Shown here: positions 46,766 to 55,934 of the stretch, one piece after another
Numbering within the stretch: position 1 is the first letter of the stretch
How the letters are laid out: every line of letters starts with the position of its first letter
Source: a virus
Lineage: Duplodnaviria; Caudoviricetes
Direction: 5' to 3' (one strand)
Virus record (IMG/VR): IMGVR_UViG_3300031414_000021
Span: 7,790-71,789 of that record
DNA: 64,000 nucleotides
Made by a program: the position numbers and the translations under genes
Notes under the pieces: model-generated
Told to the model about the DNA's origin: nothing
Database searches by the model: none
What the model saw: the letters and a program-made list of their open reading frames with translations, nothing else

Positions 46766-47288
46766 ACAGTGGGTATCACAAAATAATCGTCTGACTCCAG
46801 CAAACCGTGCTCGTTTAGAAGCCACGGTCAATCGTGAGATTCAGATCGTAATCGACCAGTGCAGCTTGATGGTGGCTCGCTCTGAGAGCGGCGGCTTCGG
46901 ACACGTGGCTGACCACCTGACCGGCCTCAGTACAATGAGCATCTATGCACGCGCTCTTGGCGGCATTCAACGCAACTGGCAAATGCCTACCGTTGTTATC
47001 TCGTCTATCAACGTAATGCCGAGCTACCAACGCAAGGGCGTGTTTGCTGTGCTGTGTGATAACCTGATTGAGCACTGCACTGTCAACAACTGGGTTCTCA
47101 AAGTTGAGAACGTGTTGGTGCCGTATCTGCGTCAGCATCTTGAGCAACGTGGCTTCTTGCCTGAGCCGAACGCTAAAGGCAGTGAGCTGCTACATGGCAG
47201 CATGTACTGGCTGCCTCGTCCTGAACTGCGTGATACCCTGCCTCGTCTGGATATGTCACGCATCAGCCAACTCGGGAAAACAGCGTGA
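46755..47288 (+). CDS. GNAT-family acetyltransferase-like protein
   Basis: INVMPSYQRKGVF acetyl-CoA-binding motif. Confidence 0.6.
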   Translation: MPNKQWVSQNNRLTPANRARLEATVNREIQIVIDQCSLMVARSESGGFGHVADHLTGLSTMSIYARALGGIQRNWQMPTVVISSINVMPSYQRKGVFAVLCDNLIEHCTVNNWVLKVENVLVPYLRQHLEQRGFLPEPNAKGSELLHGSMYWLPRPELRDTLPRLDMSRISQLGKTA

Positions 47289-47500
47289 AATCATTCTATC
47301 GTGCAATACTCGCAGGCTGGGCAAAGCTGCGAGGCTATGAACAGGTAGCAATCACCCTTGTGTTGGTGAACCTGTTGGGCGCCGTGTTGGTCAACATGAT
47401 CAACCAAAACTTATCGCTGTTTCTACCCAGCGTGTTTTTGTTTGCTCTTAGCGGCATGGTCAGTGTTGGCCTTTGCATCAAAGAGCACAAGGTAGACTAA
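47285..47500 (+). CDS. small two-TM membrane protein
   Basis: Two hydrophobic segments. Confidence 0.6.
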   Translation: MKSFYRAILAGWAKLRGYEQVAITLVLVNLLGAVLVNMINQNLSLFLPSVFLFALSGMVSVGLCIKEHKVD

Positions 47501-47535
47501 ACGATTTTCCATTTACTGTAGCTGAGGAGCTAACA

Positions 47536-47853
47536 ATGGCAACTGCATCAACTCAAATCACTTTCATCTTCCCATTCCTGTCCACCTATGAAGTAACGCT
47601 AGGCAGTGGTAGCTTGGCAAACAAGCTGGGCTGTAATGAAATGCAAGAAAAGACCTACAATGGTCCGCAGGCACTCAACATCATGCTTGGCCTGCATGTT
47701 CAAGACGCGCTGCCTCTGTTCGACCGCAGCATCGTTAATCTGATGATTGATCGTCAGATACGTTATGAAGAAGATATTGTCAGTGGCATGTATGATGCCT
47801 CTGGCCATGCGCCTCACGCAGGCCTTATGGTTGTGGTACACCACTTCCGATAA
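47536..47853 (+). CDS. hypothetical protein
   Basis: GAGGAG RBS. Confidence 0.65.
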   Translation: MATASTQITFIFPFLSTYEVTLGSGSLANKLGCNEMQEKTYNGPQALNIMLGLHVQDALPLFDRSIVNLMIDRQIRYEEDIVSGMYDASGHAPHAGLMVVVHHFR

Positions 47854-47918
47854 GTGGGCTTGCTGGAACGTCTTTGCGAAGGCGTTCTGTCAATCTTACA
47901 TATTGCTAAGGAGCATGT

Positions 47919-48329
47919 ATGAATCGACCGCAACGTGGCGCAGTTTATAACCTGTCAGAAATCCTGTGCGACCTTGAACTTCTCAAGTCAGCCTGCCTGT
48001 GCTTTTATGTGCAGGACCTGTGTTACCCTGACAATCGTAGCAGCACCGAACAGATTGTTGACTTCACTCACCTGACGGATGACCAACTGCTGGCTATTCC
48101 GGGCTGGTCTGAAACACAGTGGCGTTTTGCATACGAGACAGAAGAGTGGACGCCTGTGTTCCGCGCCATCGATGATCGCAGCGTAGAACGTCTGTGTCAC
48201 ATTGAGCCTTATGTTGACCGTGACATGCAAAGCATTAACCACATGTGGGTAACACCACGCGGCGGTGAACTTGCGCAGCAGCCTGTTGCGTATAACCCTG
48301 AACTTCATGGAACTCTGGAGGCACGATGA
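47919..48329 (+). CDS. hypothetical protein
   Basis: AAGGAG RBS. Confidence 0.7.
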   Translation: MNRPQRGAVYNLSEILCDLELLKSACLCFYVQDLCYPDNRSSTEQIVDFTHLTDDQLLAIPGWSETQWRFAYETEEWTPVFRAIDDRSVERLCHIEPYVDRDMQSINHMWVTPRGGELAQQPVAYNPELHGTLEAR

Positions 48330-48658
48330 ACAAAGAACAACGCACCCGTATCATTACTGCAATGATGACGAACCTTGTCGAGATTCGCAAAGTGACCGAC
48401 ATTGTTATTCACGAACAAACGGTTGAGTTCAAACTCAAGGGCAGCGCGTACATTGCGGAAGTTCCTGAAAGCAATCCTGAGAAAATCAGTGTGCGCTTCC
48501 GCGATGACTATCAGTGGGCACCTGACATTGAAAAGCAACTCAACCATCGTCCGCCTGTGCAACACACCGTTAATCGTGATCTGTTGCGCAAGCCTGACAA
48601 TCACCCAAAGACATTGCATGATGTGATTCAGGCAAAGTCAGTACGCAGAAGTTACTAG
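48326..48658 (+). CDS. hypothetical protein
   Basis: GGAGG RBS, ATGA overlap. Confidence 0.7.
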   Translation: MNKEQRTRIITAMMTNLVEIRKVTDIVIHEQTVEFKLKGSAYIAEVPESNPEKISVRFRDDYQWAPDIEKQLNHRPPVQHTVNRDLLRKPDNHPKTLHDVIQAKSVRRSY

Positions 48659-48660
48659 CC

Positions 48661-48798
48661 TTGCGCCGCTCTCTTAAAAAGCAGAAGTGGTGGCAGGATA
48701 TTGAAAAGCAGTACACAACGATCATGCTTGGTCTCACCGCTGCCTGTTTTATCGCAGCAGGAGCAATTGCTTGGTTGTATGTGCATTACGTGGGTTAA
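48661..48798 (+). CDS. possible 45-aa membrane peptide
   Basis: Read manually from TTG: MRRSLKKQKWWQDIEKQYTTIMLGLTAACFIAAGAIAWLYVHYVG; no clear RBS. Confidence 0.35.
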   Translation: MRRSLKKQKWWQDIEKQYTTIMLGLTAACFIAAGAIAWLYVHYVG

Positions 48799-48945
48799 TC
48801 ATCTGAGGGGGATGTACTGTAAATGATCGATAGCACATAGCAATAACATAAAGTATTTGTAGTGGCAGTAAAGGCAGTAAAGGCAATACAAACAATCCAC
48901 CGGCATAGACCGGTATAAAGAAAATACCTATACAGGACATAATAA

Positions 48946-51528
48946 ATGAAAACTGCAATCAAAACCTCTATCGTAGCTTCTCTGGTAACTCTGGCTCTGG
49001 CAAACGTATCAGTGGCCAACGCAACAACTTCGTATGACGGCGGCCTGATTAACGTGGGCGGCGGCGATGGTGGCTTGATTAACATTGGCGGCACCGGCGG
49101 CTTTATCAATATCGGTGGCAACACTGGTACGCAGACTGCACTCAATGGCCTGAACAACAACCTCAATATTCTGGACGGCAAAGTAACTGTGATTGACGGC
49201 AAAGTCGTTGACCTCAGCAACAACGTCAGTGGTCTGAATACTACCGTGTCTGGTCTGTCTGGCACTGTAGCGCAGAACACCAAAGACATTGGCACACTGA
49301 CCAACAGCCTGAATCAACAGAACACCAACCTGACCAACGCAATCTCAGCGGGCGATAAGCTGTTAAACGACAAGCTGACCTCAGCAACGAACACGCTGGG
49401 TACGCAAATCAAACAGACCAACGACCTGGCTGTGCAGGGTAACGCAACTGCTAACAACGCCCTGACCACTGTGTACGGTTTGATTCCTCAAGTGCTGAAC
49501 AATGGCAAAGCAATCGCCGATGTGAAAACTGATCTGGCTACTGCGGTTGAACAGGGCAAGCAAGTTGCTACCGGCCTGAACAACAAAATTGACGGCGTTG
49601 ATTCGAAAGTTGATTCGCTGGCGCAGCAGGGCCAAGCGGCATACACTGACCTGAACGGTAAAGTCAGCGCAGTAGATGATCGTGTGACTGACCTGGCTAA
49701 CACTGGCAAAGCAGTTGCTGGTCAACTCGACGCTAAGATTGACGGCGTTTCAACTCAGACCAACGGACGCATCGACGGTCTGGTTGAGCAAGCGAATCAG
49801 TTTGCTTCCGATACCAACGCAGCGCTCGGCAAAGTCGATAACAAAGCTGACCTGGGCATCGCGCTAGGTGCAACTGCTAATGTGAAAGCTGATCTGGTAG
49901 GCGCGGGCTTGATTGCTAACACTGCGTGGGATATCAAACAGCAAAAAGAAATCGACGCCAACACCAAAGGTCTGGCAGCGAACAACGCACTGGATGTCAA
50001 GCAGCAAACGCAGATTGACTCTCAGGGTAAAGCAATCGGCGGTCTGCAATCCGGCCTCGCTGCTAACACTGCCGTTGACGCGAAACAGCAACATCAGATC
50101 GACTGGCTGAAATCTGATTCGGCTGCAAACAAAGCAACCGATGCCAAACAGCAAACACAGATTGATGCCAATACAAAGACCGGTGCGCAGAACGGTAAAG
50201 CAATCGGTGATCTGCAATCTGGTCTGGCTGTGACCGATGACCGCTCCATCAAAAACTCCGACCGCATCAGTGACCTCGTATCCGTCACTGATAAAGACCG
50301 CACTGACATTAACACCCGTGTTGATGGCGTGTCCTCTCAGGTCAATGCTAACGGTGAGCGCATCAGTGATCTGGTGGCTGTAACTGATAAAGACCGCACC
50401 GATATCAATACCCGTGTTGACGGTGTAAGTGGTCAAGTCAACAAAAACTCTGATCGCATTACTGACCTGGTTAGCGTGACTGATAAAGACCGCACCGATA
50501 TCAATACCCGTGTCGATGGCGTGAGCACTCAGGTTAACAAAAACACCAACGACATTAAAAACGTCAGCAACGTTGCCAACGATGCATATAACAATGCATA
50601 CAACGCGCAGCAAACTGCCAACGCTGGTGTAGCAATCGGGCAGGACGCCAAGAACACTGCAATCAATGCGCAGAACACCGCCAACGTTGCAGTGGGTATC
50701 GGCCAGAAGAACAGCAACGACATTGTTAATCTGGACAGCCGCGTGACTACCAACACTGGCGCGATTCAGAAAAACAGCAACGACATTGTTAATCTGGATA
50801 ATCGCACAACGCAGAACACGTCTGACATTCAGACAACGCGCAACGATCTGGTCAACACTAACAACGTGCTTACCCAGAATGTTAAGCAAACGCAGTCCAA
50901 CACCAATCGCATCACGGTGAATGAAGGCAACATCGCCAACAACACCAAGCAGATCAATGTTAACACCACTAACATTGCGAACCACGACGTGCGCATCACC
51001 AACAACGAAACCAACATTGCAAACAACACCACTGAGATCAAAAAGACTCAGACCGTTGTGAACAATCAGGGCAAGGTGTTGCAGAACCATGAGACGCGCA
51101 TCACCAACAACGAAACCAACATCAACAACTTGGCTGGTGACTACTACCAGTTCCAAGATACCTACAACTACAACAACCAGGTTATCAACCAGAACATTCA
51201 GAGCTACTCCAACCAAGCTGTGCAGAAGTCTAAAACGTATACCGACGAACAAGTTGGTAAACTGCGTAACGACTGGCAGCAGGGTCGTAGCGATGACCAG
51301 AACGAATACCGCTCAGGTATCGCGGGTGTAGCAGCAATGTCTAACATCCCGAACGTCCCAGGTACCAAGTGGAACATGGGTGCAGGTCTGGGCCAGTTCC
51401 ATGACAAAACAGCGCTGGCAGTTGGTGGTCACCTGAACATCAGCCAGAATGTCTCTGTTAAAGCAAGCGTGGGCTTTGCAAACAACAGTGATGCCGTCGC
51501 AGGTATCGGCATGAGCATCGGTAACTAA
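48946..51528 (+). CDS. YadA-like trimeric autotransporter adhesin
   Basis: Sec-type signal peptide; N/T/Q-rich stalk with NxxxI heptads; SKTYTD neck; C-terminal anchor GIAGVAAM..GLGQF..ALAVGG..SVKASVG..AGIGMSIG. Confidence 0.85.
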   Translation: MKTAIKTSIVASLVTLALANVSVANATTSYDGGLINVGGGDGGLINIGGTGGFINIGGNTGTQTALNGLNNNLNILDGKVTVIDGKVVDLSNNVSGLNTTVSGLSGTVAQNTKDIGTLTNSLNQQNTNLTNAISAGDKLLNDKLTSATNTLGTQIKQTNDLAVQGNATANNALTTVYGLIPQVLNNGKAIADVKTDLATAVEQGKQVATGLNNKIDGVDSKVDSLAQQGQAAYTDLNGKVSAVDDRVTDLANTGKAVAGQLDAKIDGVSTQTNGRIDGLVEQANQFASDTNAALGKVDNKADLGIALGATANVKADLVGAGLIANTAWDIKQQKEIDANTKGLAANNALDVKQQTQIDSQGKAIGGLQSGLAANTAVDAKQQHQIDWLKSDSAANKATDAKQQTQIDANTKTGAQNGKAIGDLQSGLAVTDDRSIKNSDRISDLVSVTDKDRTDINTRVDGVSSQVNANGERISDLVAVTDKDRTDINTRVDGVSGQVNKNSDRITDLVSVTDKDRTDINTRVDGVSTQVNKNTNDIKNVSNVANDAYNNAYNAQQTANAGVAIGQDAKNTAINAQNTANVAVGIGQKNSNDIVNLDSRVTTNTGAIQKNSNDIVNLDNRTTQNTSDIQTTRNDLVNTNNVLTQNVKQTQSNTNRITVNEGNIANNTKQINVNTTNIANHDVRITNNETNIANNTTEIKKTQTVVNNQGKVLQNHETRITNNETNINNLAGDYYQFQDTYNYNNQVINQNIQSYSNQAVQKSKTYTDEQVGKLRNDWQQGRSDDQNEYRSGIAGVAAMSNIPNVPGTKWNMGAGLGQFHDKTALAVGGHLNISQNVSVKASVGFANNSDAVAGIGMSIGN
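50257..50544 (+). repeat. three tandem 96-bp (32-aa) repeats in the adhesin stalk
   Basis: (S/G)(D/E)RI(S/T)DLV(S/A)VTDKDRTDINTRVDGVS.QVN units at 50257, 50353 and 50449. Confidence 0.9.
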
Positions 51529-51581
51529 GTAAAAACCATTGGGTGTCTTCGGACACCCTTTGTCAATTCTGGAGACTCGTC

Positions 51582-51770
51582 ATGGGTTATCAAACGTGTG
51601 CTGATTGCGGCTGCCGTATTCGCAGTGGCTATTGCACCAACTGTCAGGAAGAGGCTTACATCATGGACATTCAGAATGTAGAGCCTGATTTAGAGTTCAG
51701 TCAAGAGTTCACGCAAGCCGCCGCAGAACAGCGTGCTCAGGGCAACAAAGCAGAAAGGAAAACACGATGA
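51582..51770 (+). CDS. small Zn-ribbon protein
   Basis: CADCG..CTNC; GGAG RBS. Confidence 0.65.
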   Translation: MGYQTCADCGCRIRSGYCTNCQEEAYIMDIQNVEPDLEFSQEFTQAAAEQRAQGNKAERKTR

Positions 51771-52282
51771 GTTATGGTATCATCAAAGCACTTAAAGCAG
51801 TTGGTGAAGACGTTGATAGCCAGTTCAACGCCAGCCCGTTTCATGCAACAGACATTCGTTTGACTTGGGCACAGCAGGCAACAAATGACGATTTCATTGA
51901 TGAGTTCACTCGCATTGATTTCCGTGTGTTCACCAAGCAAACTCATCCCAGCGAACTCCAGCACAAAAAGATGGAAGACTACACGCTGGGCTTCGAGTTT
52001 CGTTGGGATGCCAGTGCTGAATCTCCTGACGCCTATGTTCGTTTTGGGCTGTATTCTGTTTCAGGCCTGGAAGCAACTATCCTGCCGTGGTTCACGTATG
52101 AAGAATTTGTCGATCACTCCGCTTTTGGTTTATGTAACAGGCTGGTAGGACAAGTTTCTCACGCACCTAGGTTTCAGGCGCATTTAAAAGAGTATACCGA
52201 TGCCGCCGTTGATTCAGGATGGATTGCAGATGTTCTAAGTGCATTTGCCGATCAGCGTACCATGATCAAGTCATGCCTGTAG
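51767..52282 (+). CDS. hypothetical protein
   Basis: ATGA overlap. Confidence 0.65.
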   Translation: MSYGIIKALKAVGEDVDSQFNASPFHATDIRLTWAQQATNDDFIDEFTRIDFRVFTKQTHPSELQHKKMEDYTLGFEFRWDASAESPDAYVRFGLYSVSGLEATILPWFTYEEFVDHSAFGLCNRLVGQVSHAPRFQAHLKEYTDAAVDSGWIADVLSAFADQRTMIKSCL

Positions 52283-52560
52283 CCTACGAGGCTGTTGTCG
52301 AACTTGTGGAAGAAGACGGCAGCTATGACCTACCTGAACTTCCACCCAAATACTCTGCGTTTGTCCGTGACGTTTGGACCAACAAACGTATCGATGTAAA
52401 GACACGCGGAGTTACTAAACTGCCTGAGGGCAAAATTCGTTGGTCAAGGTCCCAAGAACTTGTTGAATGGTTCGACGTTGACCCTTCTCGCTACACGTTA
52501 TTTATTGTAAGTCCGTATGACGGTCCAGCAGAGGTTGTTGAAGATGATCGAGAAGCATAA
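52273..52560 (+). CDS. hypothetical protein
   Basis: ORF track internal ATG. Confidence 0.6.
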   Translation: MPVAYEAVVELVEEDGSYDLPELPPKYSAFVRDVWTNKRIDVKTRGVTKLPEGKIRWSRSQELVEWFDVDPSRYTLFIVSPYDGPAEVVEDDREA

Positions 52561-52930
52561 TGTACGCACGGCTGTTGTAAAATTCCGTAATGAAGAATAC
52601 CGCATGTTCTTCTTGGGCTACACAGCATACATCGATGTGCGCAAGTTTTGGGAAGAGCAAGTTGGCGCACGTACTGACCTGTTCGTTCCGCCAGAAGGTC
52701 GCATGGCAATCCATATCGAAAACGGTATGGAAGAACTGACTCTTGCTACACTTGAAGATCTCAAGCAAGCTATCCACGGTCTGCGTAACCACACCACTTG
52801 GTGGGACTACGTGTCCGAAGAAAAGTTCGAACGCCTGTGCATGTTTGCTCAAGTGTTGAGTGAGGTAGAAGCGAATGGTGAATGGACCAAGCTGCACCTC
52901 AACAATGAAACGTTTGTCTGGTATGAATAA
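52544..52930 (+). CDS. hypothetical protein
   Basis: GAGG RBS. Confidence 0.65.
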   Translation: MIEKHNVRTAVVKFRNEEYRMFFLGYTAYIDVRKFWEEQVGARTDLFVPPEGRMAIHIENGMEELTLATLEDLKQAIHGLRNHTTWWDYVSEEKFERLCMFAQVLSEVEANGEWTKLHLNNETFVWYE

Positions 52931-52954
52931 ACAACCTCCTATAAGGACTATCGA

Positions 52955-53836
52955 ATGAATATCTATCTTGGAAATGTGGACGCACGGGCGCAGCTTGCTA
53001 ATGCCCTGCCTGTTGTTTTAATCGATGGCAAAAAACTTTCAAGCAGCCTCGTGCCTATCTCTCACGTAATGCAGTGGCAGGCAGGCACTATTCAGCTTCA
53101 ACTGATCAACGGTCAAGATGCACCGAACCGTGATGGTATCTATCTGTGTACTGACATGAACGGCAATGTTCGTTATGGCCTGGTGACTGCTACCGCTGCT
53201 AATTGCTATCGCTTCCAAGAGCACTACGCTAACGGCGGCAGTACAATGTGGTTCGACAAGGCAAGCGCGGATGATGGTGTTCTCTCCGAAGATGAACTTG
53301 ATATGAATGAACTGTCTAACTGGATGCTGTTGCTGCCCACGGACAGTGTGAACCGCAGCGACAAGACAAAGTTCCCAGAGAGCTACAAGCCCTCTGATGA
53401 GGCGACACCGTGCAGCGTCGTGCCAAATCCATGCGACAACAGAACGCAGGCACAAAAGAATCAGGCTGAAACTGACAGCGCAAAAGATCGCGAACAGGCA
53501 GACGGCGAAGCGCACTATCGGAACTACCGTTGGCTGAGAAACATTCGTGGTCGTTACCTTGATACGTTCGAAAGATCTGTTGCATCGTTCTTGGACGTAA
53601 AACGGGAACCGTACTTTCTGGACAGCGTGTCGTTTTCTGATTGGAAGCGATACGCCGAATACCTGCACGACAACGATATCGGACCTGATGTAGTAGGCGC
53701 ACACGAAATCTCCCGCTGCCGTAACATTCACGTTATTGCTCGTAGTTGCTATTATCGACTCATGGATAAAAAGCCTGCGCCTAACGTGTACTTTGACCAA
53801 GAACTGGAGAAACTGAGAAATGGTAGAACTCGCTAA
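52955..53836 (+). CDS. hypothetical protein
   Basis: AAGGA RBS; 293 aa. Confidence 0.7.
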   Translation: MNIYLGNVDARAQLANALPVVLIDGKKLSSSLVPISHVMQWQAGTIQLQLINGQDAPNRDGIYLCTDMNGNVRYGLVTATAANCYRFQEHYANGGSTMWFDKASADDGVLSEDELDMNELSNWMLLLPTDSVNRSDKTKFPESYKPSDEATPCSVVPNPCDNRTQAQKNQAETDSAKDREQADGEAHYRNYRWLRNIRGRYLDTFERSVASFLDVKREPYFLDSVSFSDWKRYAEYLHDNDIGPDVVGAHEISRCRNIHVIARSCYYRLMDKKPAPNVYFDQELEKLRNGRTR

Positions 53837-54029
53837 AGGCCCTGTCGGTCGACTGCTGGTAATGTGGATTGCAGTCATGGTTTACTGTGAACTGCGACTT
53901 ACTGATTCTGTACCAGAGGAGCCTTTCGGACTTGCTTGCATGTTTGCTGCCGGGATCGCTATCGCACGCATGACGCCTCCTGCCTGTGAGGCATTTCGTA
54001 GTTATTGGCACCAAAGAAGGAAGAACTAA
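53820..54029 (+). CDS. small membrane protein
   Basis: Two hydrophobic segments. Confidence 0.55.
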   Translation: MVELAKGPVGRLLVMWIAVMVYCELRLTDSVPEEPFGLACMFAAGIAIARMTPPACEAFRSYWHQRRKN

Positions 54030-54358
54030 TGTTTCAGCGATTGAAAGAGTTTTTAGAAATCTGGCCGACTGTTGATCAGGCTCTGACCAAGAAAGCCCGC
54101 TGCGTCAAGACTGGCCATCACCACTATGTTGTGAAAGACAAGTCTGGTCAGGCAGAAGCCCAGCAACGTGAGACTGATAGATTGTGCCCTCAATCCGACG
54201 AGCAACCTGAGTACGAGAAGATTCGGCTCACCATTGCGCGCGAACTTGCAGCCGATACCACACCCTATCCCAAGCTGTTATCCTTTGGTACAACTGGCAG
54301 AGTGATTGTGATGGCATTGAACTATGACGTAAACATTGCAGACATGATGGACTTATAA
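54029..54358 (+). CDS. hypothetical protein
   Basis: TAATG overlap. Confidence 0.65.
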   Translation: MFQRLKEFLEIWPTVDQALTKKARCVKTGHHHYVVKDKSGQAEAQQRETDRLCPQSDEQPEYEKIRLTIARELAADTTPYPKLLSFGTTGRVIVMALNYDVNIADMMDL

Positions 54359-54359
54359 T

Positions 54360-55202
54360 ATGCTTAAACGTATCTCATTCGGCTCAGCACTTCCTTACCT
54401 CGAAATTCGTCACGACAAACAGCCCAAGCGTAGTCTGGTGCTAACTGACAGATCGTTTGAGTTCAAGCCCGGTCTCAACATGCTGGTGGGCGCTAACGGT
54501 AGTGGCAAGTCAACCTTGCTTGAAGCCATTGCAAAGCGCTTCCTGTGTTTCAACTTCGGTACGCCAAACCTCGATAAAGAAACGTTTGGCTATATGTCAG
54601 AGCTGTGGCAAGAAGACGAAGAACATTCATGGCGCGATCACAAGTTCTTGCCTTACGTCACAGCGGAATACGATCAAGTTCCTTACATGATGTACGCCAG
54701 CCCTGAGTTCACACCTCTGGGACAACCGAATCGTGCGTATGCCATGTGCTATGGGCTGGGCAAAGCAGCCACTGAACACTATGACATGGTAGACAGTCAC
54801 TCCAGCGGTGAAGGTATGCGCAACGTCATGGCCAAGATGTTCAACATCCTACGCGGCGCAGAACGTCCCATCAATCGTAATCAGGTACAGAAGCATGATT
54901 GGCGGGATGAGCGCGATAGTGGCAAGCGCCAAGTAAACTGGCTTGATCAAAACATACTGCCTCAGCCTGACGCTCCGATGGTGTTGCTTCTCGATGAGCC
55001 GGAACGTGCGCTCGACCTGCAGGCTCAACTCGCCTTCTGGGCAGACCTGACGAAACTCACAGCACAGCCCAACGTGCAGGTCATCATTGCAACTCACAGC
55101 ATCATCCCACTGTTCATGCCAGACATTCAGGTCAACTATGTTGAAATGACTGAGGGCTATGCGGACAGTCTGCGTACTGGAGTTGAGAAACTCAACAAAT
55201 AA
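54360..55202 (+). CDS. ABC-type (AAA_21-like) ATPase
   Basis: GANGSGKST, SSGEG signature, LLLDEPE, ATHS. Confidence 0.85.
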   Translation: MLKRISFGSALPYLEIRHDKQPKRSLVLTDRSFEFKPGLNMLVGANGSGKSTLLEAIAKRFLCFNFGTPNLDKETFGYMSELWQEDEEHSWRDHKFLPYVTAEYDQVPYMMYASPEFTPLGQPNRAYAMCYGLGKAATEHYDMVDSHSSGEGMRNVMAKMFNILRGAERPINRNQVQKHDWRDERDSGKRQVNWLDQNILPQPDAPMVLLLDEPERALDLQAQLAFWADLTKLTAQPNVQVIIATHSIIPLFMPDIQVNYVEMTEGYADSLRTGVEKLNK

Positions 55203-55203
55203 C

Positions 55204-55247
55204 TGGTCAAAACAACTACTGCAAAAAGGAGCTCTGTATGCTATACT
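55204..55247 (+). promoter_or_regulatory. early promoter, extended-element class
   Basis: TGGTCAAAACA-ACTA-CTGCAA-N17-TATACT. Confidence 0.6.
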
Positions 55248-55288
55248 TACTAACGGGCAGTCAATCACGAAAATACAGGGACTTCACT

Positions 55289-55567
55289 ATGAACAAACAT
55301 CAAAAGCGCTGCATCATGCGGGCGTTCTGTTTTGCGGTAGGCTTGTCGTTTGTTTGCGGCCTGTGTGTTGGTTATTTTATCTGGTACGCTCAACTCGACT
55401 TTACTTTGTTTGCCGTGTCCACTGGTTTTGGTGTTGTTCTTATCGTGGCACTGTTGGAGATTGGCACATCGATTGCCAACTGCCTTGCACATGGACGTGT
55501 TAATGCTCGTCGGTACATCAACCGTACCGTACGCAGAGCACGTTATGATTTCGTCAACCATAGATAA
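55289..55567 (+). CDS. two-TM membrane protein
   Basis: Hydrophobic segments. Confidence 0.6.
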   Translation: MNKHQKRCIMRAFCFAVGLSFVCGLCVGYFIWYAQLDFTLFAVSTGFGVVLIVALLEIGTSIANCLAHGRVNARRYINRTVRRARYDFVNHR

Positions 55568-55579
55568 TGCGAGGGCATT

Positions 55580-55933
55580 ATGATTCCGTATTACCACAGT
55601 CCGTTCTATTCTTCCTTGATCATCTGGCGTAAGCGCTTGCGTAACTGCATGGCGTTGCTGATAGGCATAATGTTGTTTCATGGGCGTGTGCCTCCTCCTG
55701 AGTCCATACCTGATATGTGGTTCTGGACAGGCGTTGTGTTTGGTATTGTGCTGCTGGTCTGCTACGCAATGGTGTGTCAGTACGAGCGCTACATTGTTGA
55801 GGCGTGTGGGTATCTCAACAAGAACACAATCATTGGCGTGACAAATTTTAAATCCATCCACAAACGCCACGTTAAGTGGTTCCGTCGTGAGTTCAAATCC
55901 GACCCTGATGACACTAACTCTTGGAAGATATAG
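55580..55933 (+). CDS. two-TM membrane protein
   Basis: Hydrophobic segments; GAGG RBS. Confidence 0.6.
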   Translation: MIPYYHSPFYSSLIIWRKRLRNCMALLIGIMLFHGRVPPPESIPDMWFWTGVVFGIVLLVCYAMVCQYERYIVEACGYLNKNTIIGVTNFKSIHKRHVKWFRREFKSDPDDTNSWKI

Positions 55934-55934
55934 T

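Noticed and set aside
50257-50544. Regularly spaced DNA repeats as a possible CRISPR array
   Set aside because: They are contiguous in-frame 96-bp coding repeats with synonymous variation and no unique spacers.
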